From the NCBI GenBank assembly GCA_947628485.1, contig CANRAA010000002.1, positions 1-43,648 on the forward strand: a stretch of DNA of 43,648 nucleotides, written 5' to 3'. Position numbers and translations under genes: made by a program. This DNA is from an uncultured Bacilli bacterium (GTDB taxonomy: Bacteria > Bacillota_I > Bacilli_A > RF39 > UBA660). The notes beneath the pieces were generated by a model. It ran no database searches. It saw only the letters and a program-made list of their open reading frames with translations, and had not been told where the DNA came from. Shown here one piece after another: positions 1 to 8,639 of this stretch. Within the stretch, counting starts at the first letter, position 1, and each line of letters begins with the position of its first letter.

Positions 1-25
1 TTTTTGCTTTCTTTTTTTCGCTTTT

Positions 26-1255
26 TTAGGTTAATTTAATTTTTAAATTCTTGGTGGTTAGAAATTTAAAATTAACAGTTCCATCTTGATTTCCTGTTGT
101 TGTTCCTGGTAATGACTGTGTCAGTTCCATATTCCATATATGGTATTCTATTAATATCTTTATCCTGTCATTTATTGAATTATAAAATGTATCATTTAAA
201 TATGTATATAAAGTTGATGCATTCCACCCAACCGAGGAGGGAGTACCATGCCATGCTTGATTGGCTCCATATTTTTTTGCTTTAATTACTTTTAGTTTTC
301 CATCTGTTGTCACTCCTATTATTCGGTACATATTTTCTGGATCATTTTTGCATACATCTGGATTTTCTGATGCTCCTAAACATATATAATTATTTGTTAC
401 CTGATCTTTAGTTCCATAATATCTATATAATCCATCTACTGGCGTGTCTTGTAAATTTGGTATATTTTTTCTATTATCTATTAAGTCTTGTCCTCTTATA
501 CCTGAAGACTTGGTTTCAAATGTATGACTTGTTTTGCTTGATATTCCACTGTTACCAACATTGTCTGTTAAATATATATAATAGGTATAACTTTGGCCAT
601 CTTGTAAATTATTTATTGTTATATTTCCATCTGAACTTGTTACACATGTTCCTATATCGCTTGAATTTTGAGAATAACAATATTGATTTATTCCAGAGTA
701 ATTATCATTTGCTGTTACTGTTAATGTTACACTTGTCTCTTGGATATTGGTTGCTTGTACACTTGTTATGGTTGGTGGGGTTACATCATAAGTAATTGTA
801 TCACTACTTGATAACGATTTATTTCCATATTTGTCTTTCACAAACCCAAATATTACTTTTGGTCCTTCTGTTACATCTGGGAATGTATAACTATATTGAT
901 TGGTTGATTGAATTGGTTGCCATTTATTATCACATGTACTTATATCATCTGTCTCTGTTATACATACTTGTTCTAAATTACTATTATTATTTCCTGGAGT
1001 TATATATACTGTATTACTACTTACATTTGTATATTTTGGTTGTCCATTTTTTTCTTTTATATAAAATATATCTATTCTTGGTTTAAAGTTTCCTACCTTA
1101 CCATTAAATATTTGGACTGGGTCTGTTACACTATTATAATAAGCATGAGTATCCTTAATTACTAATTTAAACAAAGTTATAAATACCACTACAGAAAGGA
1201 TTGCTATTATTATACAAATTTTTTTATTTTCAAACTTTTTAATTTTATCCATCAT
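26..1255 (-). CDS. Surface/secreted protein, paralog A of a three-member family; C-terminally truncated relative to paralogs B and C
   Basis: 409-aa ORF. An N-terminal TM helix is followed by KDTHAYYNSVTD, which resembles the SipW-cognate AY[FY] signal motif. It then has a Cys-pair module, a DVTPPT linker and an Fn3/Ig-like module (ETSVTLTVTANDNYSGINQYCYS). A 51-nt tract at 1103-1153 is identical to 14162-14212 in paralog B, and the middle is very similar to paralog C. Homology stops at ...NQDGTV (near nt 70) and the last 15 codons are unrelated. Confidence 0.7.
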   Translation of the reverse strand: MMDKIKKFENKKICIIIAILSVVVFITLFKLVIKDTHAYYNSVTDPVQIFNGKVGNFKPRIDIFYIKEKNGQPKYTNVSSNTVYITPGNNNSNLEQVCITETDDISTCDNKWQPIQSTNQYSYTFPDVTEGPKVIFGFVKDKYGNKSLSSSDTITYDVTPPTITSVQATNIQETSVTLTVTANDNYSGINQYCYSQNSSDIGTCVTSSDGNITINNLQDGQSYTYYIYLTDNVGNSGISSKTSHTFETKSSGIRGQDLIDNRKNIPNLQDTPVDGLYRYYGTKDQVTNNYICLGASENPDVCKNDPENMYRIIGVTTDGKLKVIKAKKYGANQAWHGTPSSVGWNASTLYTYLNDTFYNSINDRIKILIEYHIWNMELTQSLPGTTTGNQDGTVNFKFLTTKNLKIKLT

Positions 1256-1330
1256 ACCTTACCTCTACTTTATTTGTTGCTAATGCCGAATACAAGTCGG
1301 AAATAAAATAAACAATTGCTATTTTGTTTT

Positions 1331-1402
1331 AACGAAAAATACGATATTATATAATTGATTATATCGTTATATTCGTTAAAAGTCAATATCTCATTTTTCG
1401 TT
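1331..1402. promoter_or_regulatory. Nested inverted repeats in the divergent promoter region between paralog A and its XRE regulator (candidate operators)
   Basis: There is a perfect 10-bp inverted repeat, AACGAAAAAT (1331-1340) with ATTTTTCGTT (1393-1402). It encloses a 7-bp inverted repeat, ACGATAT (1341-1347) with ATATCGT (1361-1367). Confidence 0.4.
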
Positions 1403-1426
1403 ATGATAATTTTTCTATGATGGATT

Positions 1427-1882
1427 ATGAATAGATTAAAAGAATTAAGAAAAGAAAACAATTTATTACAAAAAGATATCGCGGCATTTTTAAAAATGAG
1501 TCAAAATGGTTATTCCCAATATGAAACGGAAATAACAGATGTTTCCACAACTATTTTAAGACGCCTATCAGAATTTTATAATGTATCAATAGATTATATT
1601 TTGTGTCTAACCAATATCAAAGATAAATATATGCCTTCTAAAGTTATTACTCCCACTAATTACATGAATAGACTTAGTGAAATAAGAAATGATTTAGATT
1701 TAAATCAATTTGAAGTTGCTAATATTTTAAATATGAGTCAAACAGGATATTCAGCCTATGAAGTAGGCATTTGTGATATACCTACCAAAGTATTAAAAAA
1801 ATTATCTTTATATTATAATGTTCCAATTGATTACTTACTTTATTTAACTGATGAAAGAATACCATATAAAAGAAAAAAATAG
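1427..1882 (+). CDS. XRE-family transcriptional regulator with two tandem HTH domains
   Basis: 151 aa containing two copies of an approximately 65-aa HTH_3-like unit (LKELRKENNLLQKDIAAFLKMSQNGYSQYE... and LSEIRNDLDLNQFEVANILNMSQTGYSAYE...). Each copy ends in IDY(I/L)L.LT. The gene is divergent from paralog A. Confidence 0.85.
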   Translation: MNRLKELRKENNLLQKDIAAFLKMSQNGYSQYETEITDVSTTILRRLSEFYNVSIDYILCLTNIKDKYMPSKVITPTNYMNRLSEIRNDLDLNQFEVANILNMSQTGYSAYEVGICDIPTKVLKKLSLYYNVPIDYLLYLTDERIPYKRKK

Positions 1883-1889
1883 ATTATCT

Positions 1890-2459
1890 CTATTTTCTAA
1901 CTCTTGTTCTAACTAAATTTTTTTCTTCAGTGTTTTCATATCTTAAATTATCTAAATAAATTACTTCTTTTGTTTCTTCTTTAAAATTATGTTTTTCTTT
2001 TAACTTTTTAATTTCTTTTTCTAATTCTGGCTCTTTTTCTTTTATTTCTTGTAATCTTTCTTCGCATAATGAAAGATCTTCTTTGCCATGTTTATGACAA
2101 CGAAAGATGGTACCTTCAACGAAAGTTAAACCACCAAGCCAAACAGCTAGGGATAAAATCATTTCCCAAATTCTCCCATTAAAAGGTATAAAAATGGGAA
2201 TTGATGCTCCAAGAGTCATCAGAAAAAATAACAAAGCAAATATACTAATCCCTTTATCTTGTTTCAAAGATTTATTAATTTTATCTATATTTTCTAAAAC
2301 TTCCTCTTTTGTTTCCTCTAATAACTCTAATTCATCTTCTTTATTTAAAATATCTGCCATTTCTGTACTTTCAGCTTGAGCCTTAACAAAACGCATTTCG
2401 CCTTCTTCATTAGTAATGGCCCACTCATTATCCTTTATATTTTTAAGTTCAATATTCAC
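1890..2459 (-). CDS. Hypothetical membrane protein (two central TM helices, charged coiled-coil flanks)
   Basis: 189-aa ORF with a hydrophobic core (ISIFALLFFLMTLGASIPIFIPF...WEMILSLAVWLGGLTFV) flanked by E/K-rich segments. I recognise no family. Confidence 0.55.
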   Translation of the reverse strand: MNIELKNIKDNEWAITNEEGEMRFVKAQAESTEMADILNKEDELELLEETKEEVLENIDKINKSLKQDKGISIFALLFFLMTLGASIPIFIPFNGRIWEMILSLAVWLGGLTFVEGTIFRCHKHGKEDLSLCEERLQEIKEKEPELEKEIKKLKEKHNFKEETKEVIYLDNLRYENTEEKNLVRTRVRK

Positions 2460-2545
2460 AATAAAACCTCCCGTTTCTACATTATTATAACAACATTATA
2501 TTTGATTTTCAATAACTGATATATAGGAAATAATTCTATTTATAA

Positions 2546-3820
2546 TTATTTTAACTTCTTTCTTTTAATAGGAGTATCACTAATAAATAATTGTTCATAT
2601 TTTTGTCTATCATTTAAAATTTTATCATAATTTTTTCTCTGTAATAAATGCATTAAATTTATAAAATCACTATCTATTTCGGGTACTTGCATATTCTTTT
2701 TTATATGCTCCAAGGCTTGTTTTAATTTTTCAATATTTGCTCCTTTTACATATGCAGCAAACTTATAAATAAATTCGGCATTTCCCGTTTGAATAACAGC
2801 ATCCTCTAATTTTTTAATATTAGCTCCTTTTACATATGTAGCAAAATAATAAATGTCTACTGCATATTGAGATTTGCATATAGCATCTTCCAACTTTTTA
2901 ATATGAGCTTTTTTGACAAATCGGGCAAACTCATAAATATATTTCATATATTGTGTCTCTATAATGGCATTCTCTAATTTGATAATGTCGGATTCCATTA
3001 TGTCTCGAGCAAAATAATAAATATATTCCGCATTCCCAGTTTGAATAATGGTATCTTCTAACTTAGAAATATTAACACCTTTTACATATGCAGCAAACTT
3101 ATAAATATATTCCGCATTTTTTGTTTGAATGATAGCCTCTTCTAATTTAAGAATGTTAGCTCCTTTGACTGTACTTGCAAAATAATAGATATATTCCGCT
3201 TTATGAAATTTAATAATTGCCTCTTCTAACATAGAAATATTAGCATCTTTTACAAACATTGCAAATTCATAAATATAGGTAATATTTTTAGTTTTACTCA
3301 TGGCAATACTTAGTTTATTAACATTAGCTCCTTCTATAAATCTTGCAAATATATAAATATATTCCGCATTTTCTGTTTGAATAATCGCATCTTCTAATTT
3401 ATTAATATTAGCATTTAAAACGTCTCTAGCAAATTTATAAATGTATTCCACGTTCCCAATTTGGATAATCGCCTCTTCTAATTTCTCTATGCTAACACCT
3501 TTAACCCTATTAGCAAAATTAAAAATGTATTCAACATTTTTAGTTTGAATAATGGCCTCACTTAATTTTTCTACATTGGCTCCTTTTATATTTTTAGCAA
3601 AATAATAGATGTATTCAGCATTTTGATTTTTAATGATAGCCTCTTCTAATTTAGTAATATTTACTCTTTTTATATCTTTTGCAAACTCATAAATATATTG
3701 GTCATTTTTACTTTCAATAACAGCATCACAAGCAATTTTTTTATTTATAATTCCTAATTCTACTAGTTTTTTAAATTCATTATAATTTTGTTTCATTAAC
3801 CTATTAATATTTGAATTCAT
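2546..3820 (-). CDS. Tandem-repeat protein with twelve 28-aa helical repeats, function unknown
   Basis: The ORF is open to 3862, but the ATG at 3820 follows a GGGTGG Shine-Dalgarno sequence. The repeat consensus is N-AEYIY-FA--VKGANI-KLE-AIIQT-. Confidence 0.75.
   Translation of the reverse strand: MNSNINRLMKQNYNEFKKLVELGIINKKIACDAVIESKNDQYIYEFAKDIKRVNITKLEEAIIKNQNAEYIYYFAKNIKGANVEKLSEAIIQTKNVEYIFNFANRVKGVSIEKLEEAIIQIGNVEYIYKFARDVLNANINKLEDAIIQTENAEYIYIFARFIEGANVNKLSIAMSKTKNITYIYEFAMFVKDANISMLEEAIIKFHKAEYIYYFASTVKGANILKLEEAIIQTKNAEYIYKFAAYVKGVNISKLEDTIIQTGNAEYIYYFARDIMESDIIKLENAIIETQYMKYIYEFARFVKKAHIKKLEDAICKSQYAVDIYYFATYVKGANIKKLEDAVIQTGNAEFIYKFAAYVKGANIEKLKQALEHIKKNMQVPEIDSDFINLMHLLQRKNYDKILNDRQKYEQLFISDTPIKRKKLK
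2699..3706 (-). repeat. Coding tandem repeat, 12 copies of 84 bp with no length variation
   Basis: Residues 53-388 of the 438-aa ORF resolve into 12 consecutive 28-aa units. Non-adjacent units share long near-identical DNA stretches, for example around 2748 versus 3083. Confidence 0.8.
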
Positions 3821-3883
3821 AATCCACCCTTTCTTGGGTATAGTATTATAACATTTTTTCATATATTTTCAAGTTAATAAGTC

Positions 3884-3911
3884 AAAAAAAACACTTAAGT
3901 TTTACCTTAAG
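3884..3911 (-). terminator. Intrinsic terminator after pheT
   Basis: The minus strand reads CUUAAG-GUAAAA-CUUAAG followed by UGUUUUUUUU, immediately downstream of the pheT stop. Confidence 0.6.
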
Positions 3912-3915
3912 CATT

Positions 3916-6303
3916 TTATTTATCTCTAACGGTAGCTTTAAATTTTTCTAAAACATCTAAAATTATTTTATTAAATATTTCCATAACTTCTTCTTCCGTT
4001 AAAGTTCTCGTATTGTCTTCAAAGGTTAATTTATAAGCAATACTCTTTTTATTTTCATCAATTCTATCACCCGTATAAACATCAAAAATTTTAATATCGG
4101 TAAGAAGTTTACCCCCACTTTTCTTAATGGCTTTTAAAATATCAATAGATGGGATATCTTTATCAACTACAAAGGCCACATCTTTTTCCACTTTTGGATA
4201 TTTATTTAACTCTTGATATTTAACATCTCCTGTTTTATGTTCTAAAATTTCACTTAAGTCAATTTCACAAACATAAACATCTTCTTTAGATACTTTTGGA
4301 TGAAGTTTTCCAAAGTAACCAACATTTTTACCATCAATGGTAATTTCGCTATTAATTTTAGGATGAATCTCTTGAGGTAAATTATCACTTAAAGATAGAG
4401 TATAACGATTATTATAACCTAAATAGTTAAGTAAGTTTTCGACTATTCCTTTCATAAGATAAAAATCAACTTTATAACTTAAACTATTCCAAGTATTATT
4501 TAAGTATTCGCCACTTATACCAAAGGCTAAATGACTATTTTCCACATATTCCTCTTCTTCATGGTAAACATTAGATATTTCATAAATAAAGACATCATTA
4601 TTTTTCTTTTCTTTATTATAAAGTAAAACATTTACTAAAGAAGGTAGAATACTTTGTCTTACACAAGATTTTTCTTTTAACATTGGTCTTAATAATTTGA
4701 TGGTCTTATCGAAATGATAATCATATTTAGTAGTTTCTTCTTCACTAATTAAAGTATAAGTTCTAATTTCGCTGAATCCTAAACTACGCATTTTTTTAGA
4801 AACTATTTTTCTTAATTTAACATTATCCCGGTATTCGCCCTTTTTAGTTTTAATTAAAGGGAGAGTTGGTTCAATGTTATCATAGCCATAAATCCGCCCA
4901 ATTTCTTCGATAATATCTTCTTTTTGATTATAGATATCTTGTCTTCGATTCGGAATAGTGACCGTATAAACATCACCCTTTTTAGTATACGTAAAACCTA
5001 AAGCCTTTAAGATATTTTCGACTTCTTCTCCCTTTATATTCATACCTAAAATACTATTGATACTTTCAAGAGAAACATCTACCACTTTTGGTGTTTTATC
5101 GACTTTATCATAAGTCACAATACCTTTAACTATTTTAGCATCGGCATATTTTTCAAGCAAATGACAAGCTCTTTTAATTGCTAAAAGAGTAAATTCATAA
5201 CTAAGAGGTTTTTCCAGTCTTAAACTGGCTTCACTACGCAACCCTAAACGAATGGAAGTATATCTAATATTATAAGGATTGAATATTGCTGACTCAATTA
5301 AAATGTTTTTAGTACTAGCGGTAATCCCGCTGTTAAGGCCGCCCATAACCCCAGCTACACATAAAGGGGTATCGCCATCAGAAATAACAATATCTTCGGT
5401 AGTTAACTCTCGATCAACCCCATCTAAAGTTTTAATAATTTCTTTATCGTGAGCCATTCTAACCACTATTTTATCGCCCACAACATCTTTATCAAAGAAA
5501 TGAAGAGGTTGGCCATACTCAAGCATGACATAATTGGAAATATCAACAACATTATTAATACTTCTTACTCCTGCTGCCTCTAATCTTCTTTTAATAAAGT
5601 TAGGACTTTCCTTAATAACAACATCTTTTGCCACCATTAAGTTATACATGGATACATTATCTGTAGTAACATCTAAAGATACATAGTTATTAACATCTTC
5701 ATCTAACTCTTTAAAACTAACATCCGGCATATTTACTTTTTTATTTAAAGCCGCTGCCACTTCATAAGCAAAAGGTAAGTGATTATTACAATCTGTTCGG
5801 TTAGGATTTAAATCTAACTCATATAAAGTATCATTATATCCTAAATATTCTAAAGGATCTTCTCCTACGGGAGCATCATCTGGTAACTCCGTAATTCCTT
5901 TCGCGTAGGTCTCATCCGTTTTTTCTTCTAAACCAAGTTCAAACAAAGCACAAATCATGCCATTAGACTCAACACCTCTAATTTTACTTTTCTTAATAGT
6001 AAAATCTCCAGGAAGAATAGCCCCTTCTAAAGCCACAATTACTTTAAGGTTCTCTCTTACATTAGAAGCTCCACAAACAATTTGCAAAGTCTTATCCCCA
6101 ACATTAACTAGGCATACATGTAAATGGTCACTATCAGGATGCATTTCCACTTTTTCAATTTGGCCAATAACTAAATTATTAATATTATTACTAATTACTT
6201 TTTCGACATTAATCCCCGCATCTGTGATTTTTTGGGCTAAAGTTTTTTTATCTTCATTCTTAATGTCGACATAATCATTAACCCAATTTAAACTAATTGC
6301 CAT
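3916..6303 (-). CDS. pheT: Phenylalanine--tRNA ligase beta subunit
   Basis: The N-terminus MAISLNWVNDYV is typical, as are the tRNA-binding domain (MHPDSDHLHVCLVNVG) and the overall length and domain order. I prefer the ATG at 6303, one nt after the pheS stop and preceded by AAGGGAG, over the ORF-track start at 6324. Confidence 0.95.
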   Translation of the reverse strand: MAISLNWVNDYVDIKNEDKKTLAQKITDAGINVEKVISNNINNLVIGQIEKVEMHPDSDHLHVCLVNVGDKTLQIVCGASNVRENLKVIVALEGAILPGDFTIKKSKIRGVESNGMICALFELGLEEKTDETYAKGITELPDDAPVGEDPLEYLGYNDTLYELDLNPNRTDCNNHLPFAYEVAAALNKKVNMPDVSFKELDEDVNNYVSLDVTTDNVSMYNLMVAKDVVIKESPNFIKRRLEAAGVRSINNVVDISNYVMLEYGQPLHFFDKDVVGDKIVVRMAHDKEIIKTLDGVDRELTTEDIVISDGDTPLCVAGVMGGLNSGITASTKNILIESAIFNPYNIRYTSIRLGLRSEASLRLEKPLSYEFTLLAIKRACHLLEKYADAKIVKGIVTYDKVDKTPKVVDVSLESINSILGMNIKGEEVENILKALGFTYTKKGDVYTVTIPNRRQDIYNQKEDIIEEIGRIYGYDNIEPTLPLIKTKKGEYRDNVKLRKIVSKKMRSLGFSEIRTYTLISEEETTKYDYHFDKTIKLLRPMLKEKSCVRQSILPSLVNVLLYNKEKKNNDVFIYEISNVYHEEEEYVENSHLAFGISGEYLNNTWNSLSYKVDFYLMKGIVENLLNYLGYNNRYTLSLSDNLPQEIHPKINSEITIDGKNVGYFGKLHPKVSKEDVYVCEIDLSEILEHKTGDVKYQELNKYPKVEKDVAFVVDKDIPSIDILKAIKKSGGKLLTDIKIFDVYTGDRIDENKKSIAYKLTFEDNTRTLTEEEVMEIFNKIILDVLEKFKATVRDK

Positions 6304-6304
6304 T

Positions 6305-7354
6305 TTAATACTCCCTTCTATCAAATTCTTTAAGCATTCTCACATCATGGTTCATATAGAATACTCTTATATCTTCAACGCCATATTTTAACATGGCTAG
6401 TCTTTCAATCCCAAAACCAAAAGCAAAACCATTCCATTTATCGGGGTCATATCCACAATTTTTTAAAACTATTGGATTAACCATCCCAGCTCCGCCAACG
6501 GTAATCCAACCAGTACCCTTACAAATATTGCAACCTTTACCATTACAGTTAAAACAACTGATGTCCATTTCCACACTAGGTTCCGTAAATGGATAATATG
6601 AAGGTCTAAAACGCGTACTTCTTCCTTTACCAAATAACATTTTGGCTACTTCTTCAAAAGTTCCTTTTAAATCTCCTAAAGTTATATTTTTATCAACAAG
6701 GAGTCCTTCCATTTGGGTAAATTCATGAGAATGGGTCGCATCATCTTCATCTCTTCTATAAGTTTTTCCTGGACAAATAATTCTAATTGGCTCTTTACCT
6801 TCCCCTTTTAACATTTCTCTTACTTGCACAGGACTTGTTTGACTACGAAGTAAATATTCATCACCTTTTATATAAAAGGTATCTTGCGCATCTCTTGCCG
6901 GATGTCCTTTAGGTAAATTTAATAACTCAAAGTTATATAAATCTTTTTCCACTTCCGGTCCTTCTACAACATCATAACCCATACTCATTAAAAGATTTTC
7001 TAAACTTTCAATAATTCTTTCAATGGGATGGGCACTCCCACTTAAAATATTAGTTCCAGGCAAAGTTACATCAATTGCTTCACTTTCTAATTTTTGATTA
7101 ATTAATTCTTCTTCTAATCTTTCTTTAATTTCTTCATATTTTGTATTAAAAGTGTTTTTAAGTTCATTTACTTTCATCCCAAATTCTTTTTTCTCTTCAT
7201 TGGGTACATCTTTAATCAAACTATTTAAAACGGTTATTTTGCCATTCTTACCCATGTATTCTACTTTAAGTTCTTCTAATCTTTTTTGATCAATACTTCC
7301 TTCAAATACATTTTTTAATTCCTTTTCTATTTCTTTAATCTTTTCATTATGCAT
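6305..7354 (-). CDS. pheS: Phenylalanine--tRNA ligase alpha subunit
   Basis: 349 aa with class II aaRS motifs (FRPSYYPFTEPS, GFAFGFGIERLAML) and an N-terminal coiled coil. It sits immediately upstream of pheT. Confidence 0.95.
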   Translation of the reverse strand: MHNEKIKEIEKELKNVFEGSIDQKRLEELKVEYMGKNGKITVLNSLIKDVPNEEKKEFGMKVNELKNTFNTKYEEIKERLEEELINQKLESEAIDVTLPGTNILSGSAHPIERIIESLENLLMSMGYDVVEGPEVEKDLYNFELLNLPKGHPARDAQDTFYIKGDEYLLRSQTSPVQVREMLKGEGKEPIRIICPGKTYRRDEDDATHSHEFTQMEGLLVDKNITLGDLKGTFEEVAKMLFGKGRSTRFRPSYYPFTEPSVEMDISCFNCNGKGCNICKGTGWITVGGAGMVNPIVLKNCGYDPDKWNGFAFGFGIERLAMLKYGVEDIRVFYMNHDVRMLKEFDRREY

Positions 7355-7372
7355 ATAATCATTCCTTTCTAT

Positions 7373-7753
7373 TTATTCCTCAATTAAAGTAGGATTACTT
7401 TCTAATTCATCAATAATATCTTCCATACTTTTATTTTGATGATTAATTAGATATTCTTCTATTTCAAATGCATCTTTATTTAAAAATAAAGGATAACTAT
7501 CAAACAATAAATTTAAACTTTTAAAACCAACTTTTTGCATATAATCTATAAGACTTTTTACAGAGTCATAATCTCTTTCTAAAATAAAAGGATTACCTAC
7601 CACTATATTTCTTAATATATAATCATGACAATTAAGACTTTTTAATAATTCCAATATTTTATTAAAATCTTCTATATTATCATCATTTATAAATTCTTTT
7701 ATATTATTAAGATCTATTTCTCTTATACCTAACTCTATTAATTTATCTAACAT
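7373..7753 (-). CDS. Short mTERF-repeat-like protein (third of three)
   Basis: 126 aa with LIELGI...., LKSLNC....I.RNIVVGNPFIL and MQKVGFKS...LFDSYPLFL units of the same type as the two upstream genes. Its start overlaps the upstream gene by 11 nt, and pheS begins 18 nt downstream. Confidence 0.6.
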   Translation of the reverse strand: MLDKLIELGIREIDLNNIKEFINDDNIEDFNKILELLKSLNCHDYILRNIVVGNPFILERDYDSVKSLIDYMQKVGFKSLNLLFDSYPLFLNKDAFEIEEYLINHQNKSMEDIIDELESNPTLIEE

Positions 7754-8639
7754 CTTTTATTTCCTCCTCTTTATTATAAGGATACATTAAAAGTAATTCT
7801 TTTTTAGAAACCCCATATTTGTTCTTAAAATGCTTCTCTTTATAAAATAAATTTTTAAATTCTTCTGTTTTAATATCATTATTCACAAAATAATGATATC
7901 TAGCATAGGATAACTCAACACTCTGCATAAGATAATTAATGTTATTTATTATAATATAATCTAAACCTATCTCTTTATAAAAATTTATTTTATTAGTTAT
8001 ATTTTCAAAGCTTAAACCAAATAAAGCTGGTAATTTTAAACACATTTTTAAGACTTCTTCTTTAGTATATCCTAAAGACATAATATCCTCTATTTTTTGC
8101 TTTATAGCATTAAAACTTAAACCAAATAAAGTTGGTAATATTAAATACATTTTTAAGACTTCTTCTTTACTATAACCCAAAGACATTATATTCTCTATTT
8201 TTTGGTTTATAGTTTTAAAACTTAAACTATATAAAGATGGACATTTTATAGTCATTTTAATTGCTTCTTCTTTTGTATAACCTAAAGACATCAAATCTTC
8301 TATTTTTTGGCTTATGTTTTCCTTACTTAATAAAAATATAGTTGGTAAATTTTTTCCCATTTTTTTTATATTTTCTTTTGAGTATCCTAAAGATATCAAG
8401 TATTCAATTTTTTGGTTTAAATAATCAACGTTCCTCCCAATTATACAAGGAAAAAATTTAACTATTTTGATAATTTCTGCTTTTTTATATCCAAACTCTA
8501 AAAGAAAATTATTAATATCTTTAAAATGTTTTAATATAGTCTTCGGATTATAAGTGATAAGTGAACTTTTTTCTAACATTTTTTCAATATCTTTTTCTAA
8601 AAAACCAAAGTCTATTAAATAATCATATACTTCTAACAT
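7743..8639 (-). CDS. mTERF-repeat-like protein (second of three)
   Basis: 298 aa with an approximately 35-aa periodic unit QKIEDxMSLGY(T/S)KEExxKMxxxxPxLFxLSxxxIx repeated at least 5 times. This matches the mTERF motif pattern (L..LGfs...i..il...P.ll..s). Confidence 0.75.
   Translation of the reverse strand: MLEVYDYLIDFGFLEKDIEKMLEKSSLITYNPKTILKHFKDINNFLLEFGYKKAEIIKIVKFFPCIIGRNVDYLNQKIEYLISLGYSKENIKKMGKNLPTIFLLSKENISQKIEDLMSLGYTKEEAIKMTIKCPSLYSLSFKTINQKIENIMSLGYSKEEVLKMYLILPTLFGLSFNAIKQKIEDIMSLGYTKEEVLKMCLKLPALFGLSFENITNKINFYKEIGLDYIIINNINYLMQSVELSYARYHYFVNNDIKTEEFKNLFYKEKHFKNKYGVSKKELLLMYPYNKEEEIKDVR

Noticed and set aside
97-1086. Plus-strand ORFs 97-285, 457-795 and 796-1086, and analogous ones at 12721-13125, 13279-13590, 13951-14145, 29081-29461, 29675-30112 and 30427-30672
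   Set aside because: They lie antisense inside the long, well-supported paralog genes. They translate to low-complexity L/Y/H/F-rich strings and have no ribosome-binding sites. They are shadow ORFs typical of AT-rich DNA.
1270-1461. 63-aa minus-strand ORF in the paralog A / XRE divergent promoter region
   Set aside because: It overlaps the XRE start and the inverted-repeat operator region, has no ribosome-binding site, and has an implausible composition.
2699-3706. A possible CRISPR array or non-coding satellite, because of the regular 84-bp periodicity
   Set aside because: The period is a multiple of three, the whole array is one open reading frame with a conserved 28-aa consensus, and there is no repeat/unique-spacer alternation. 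It is a coding tandem repeat.
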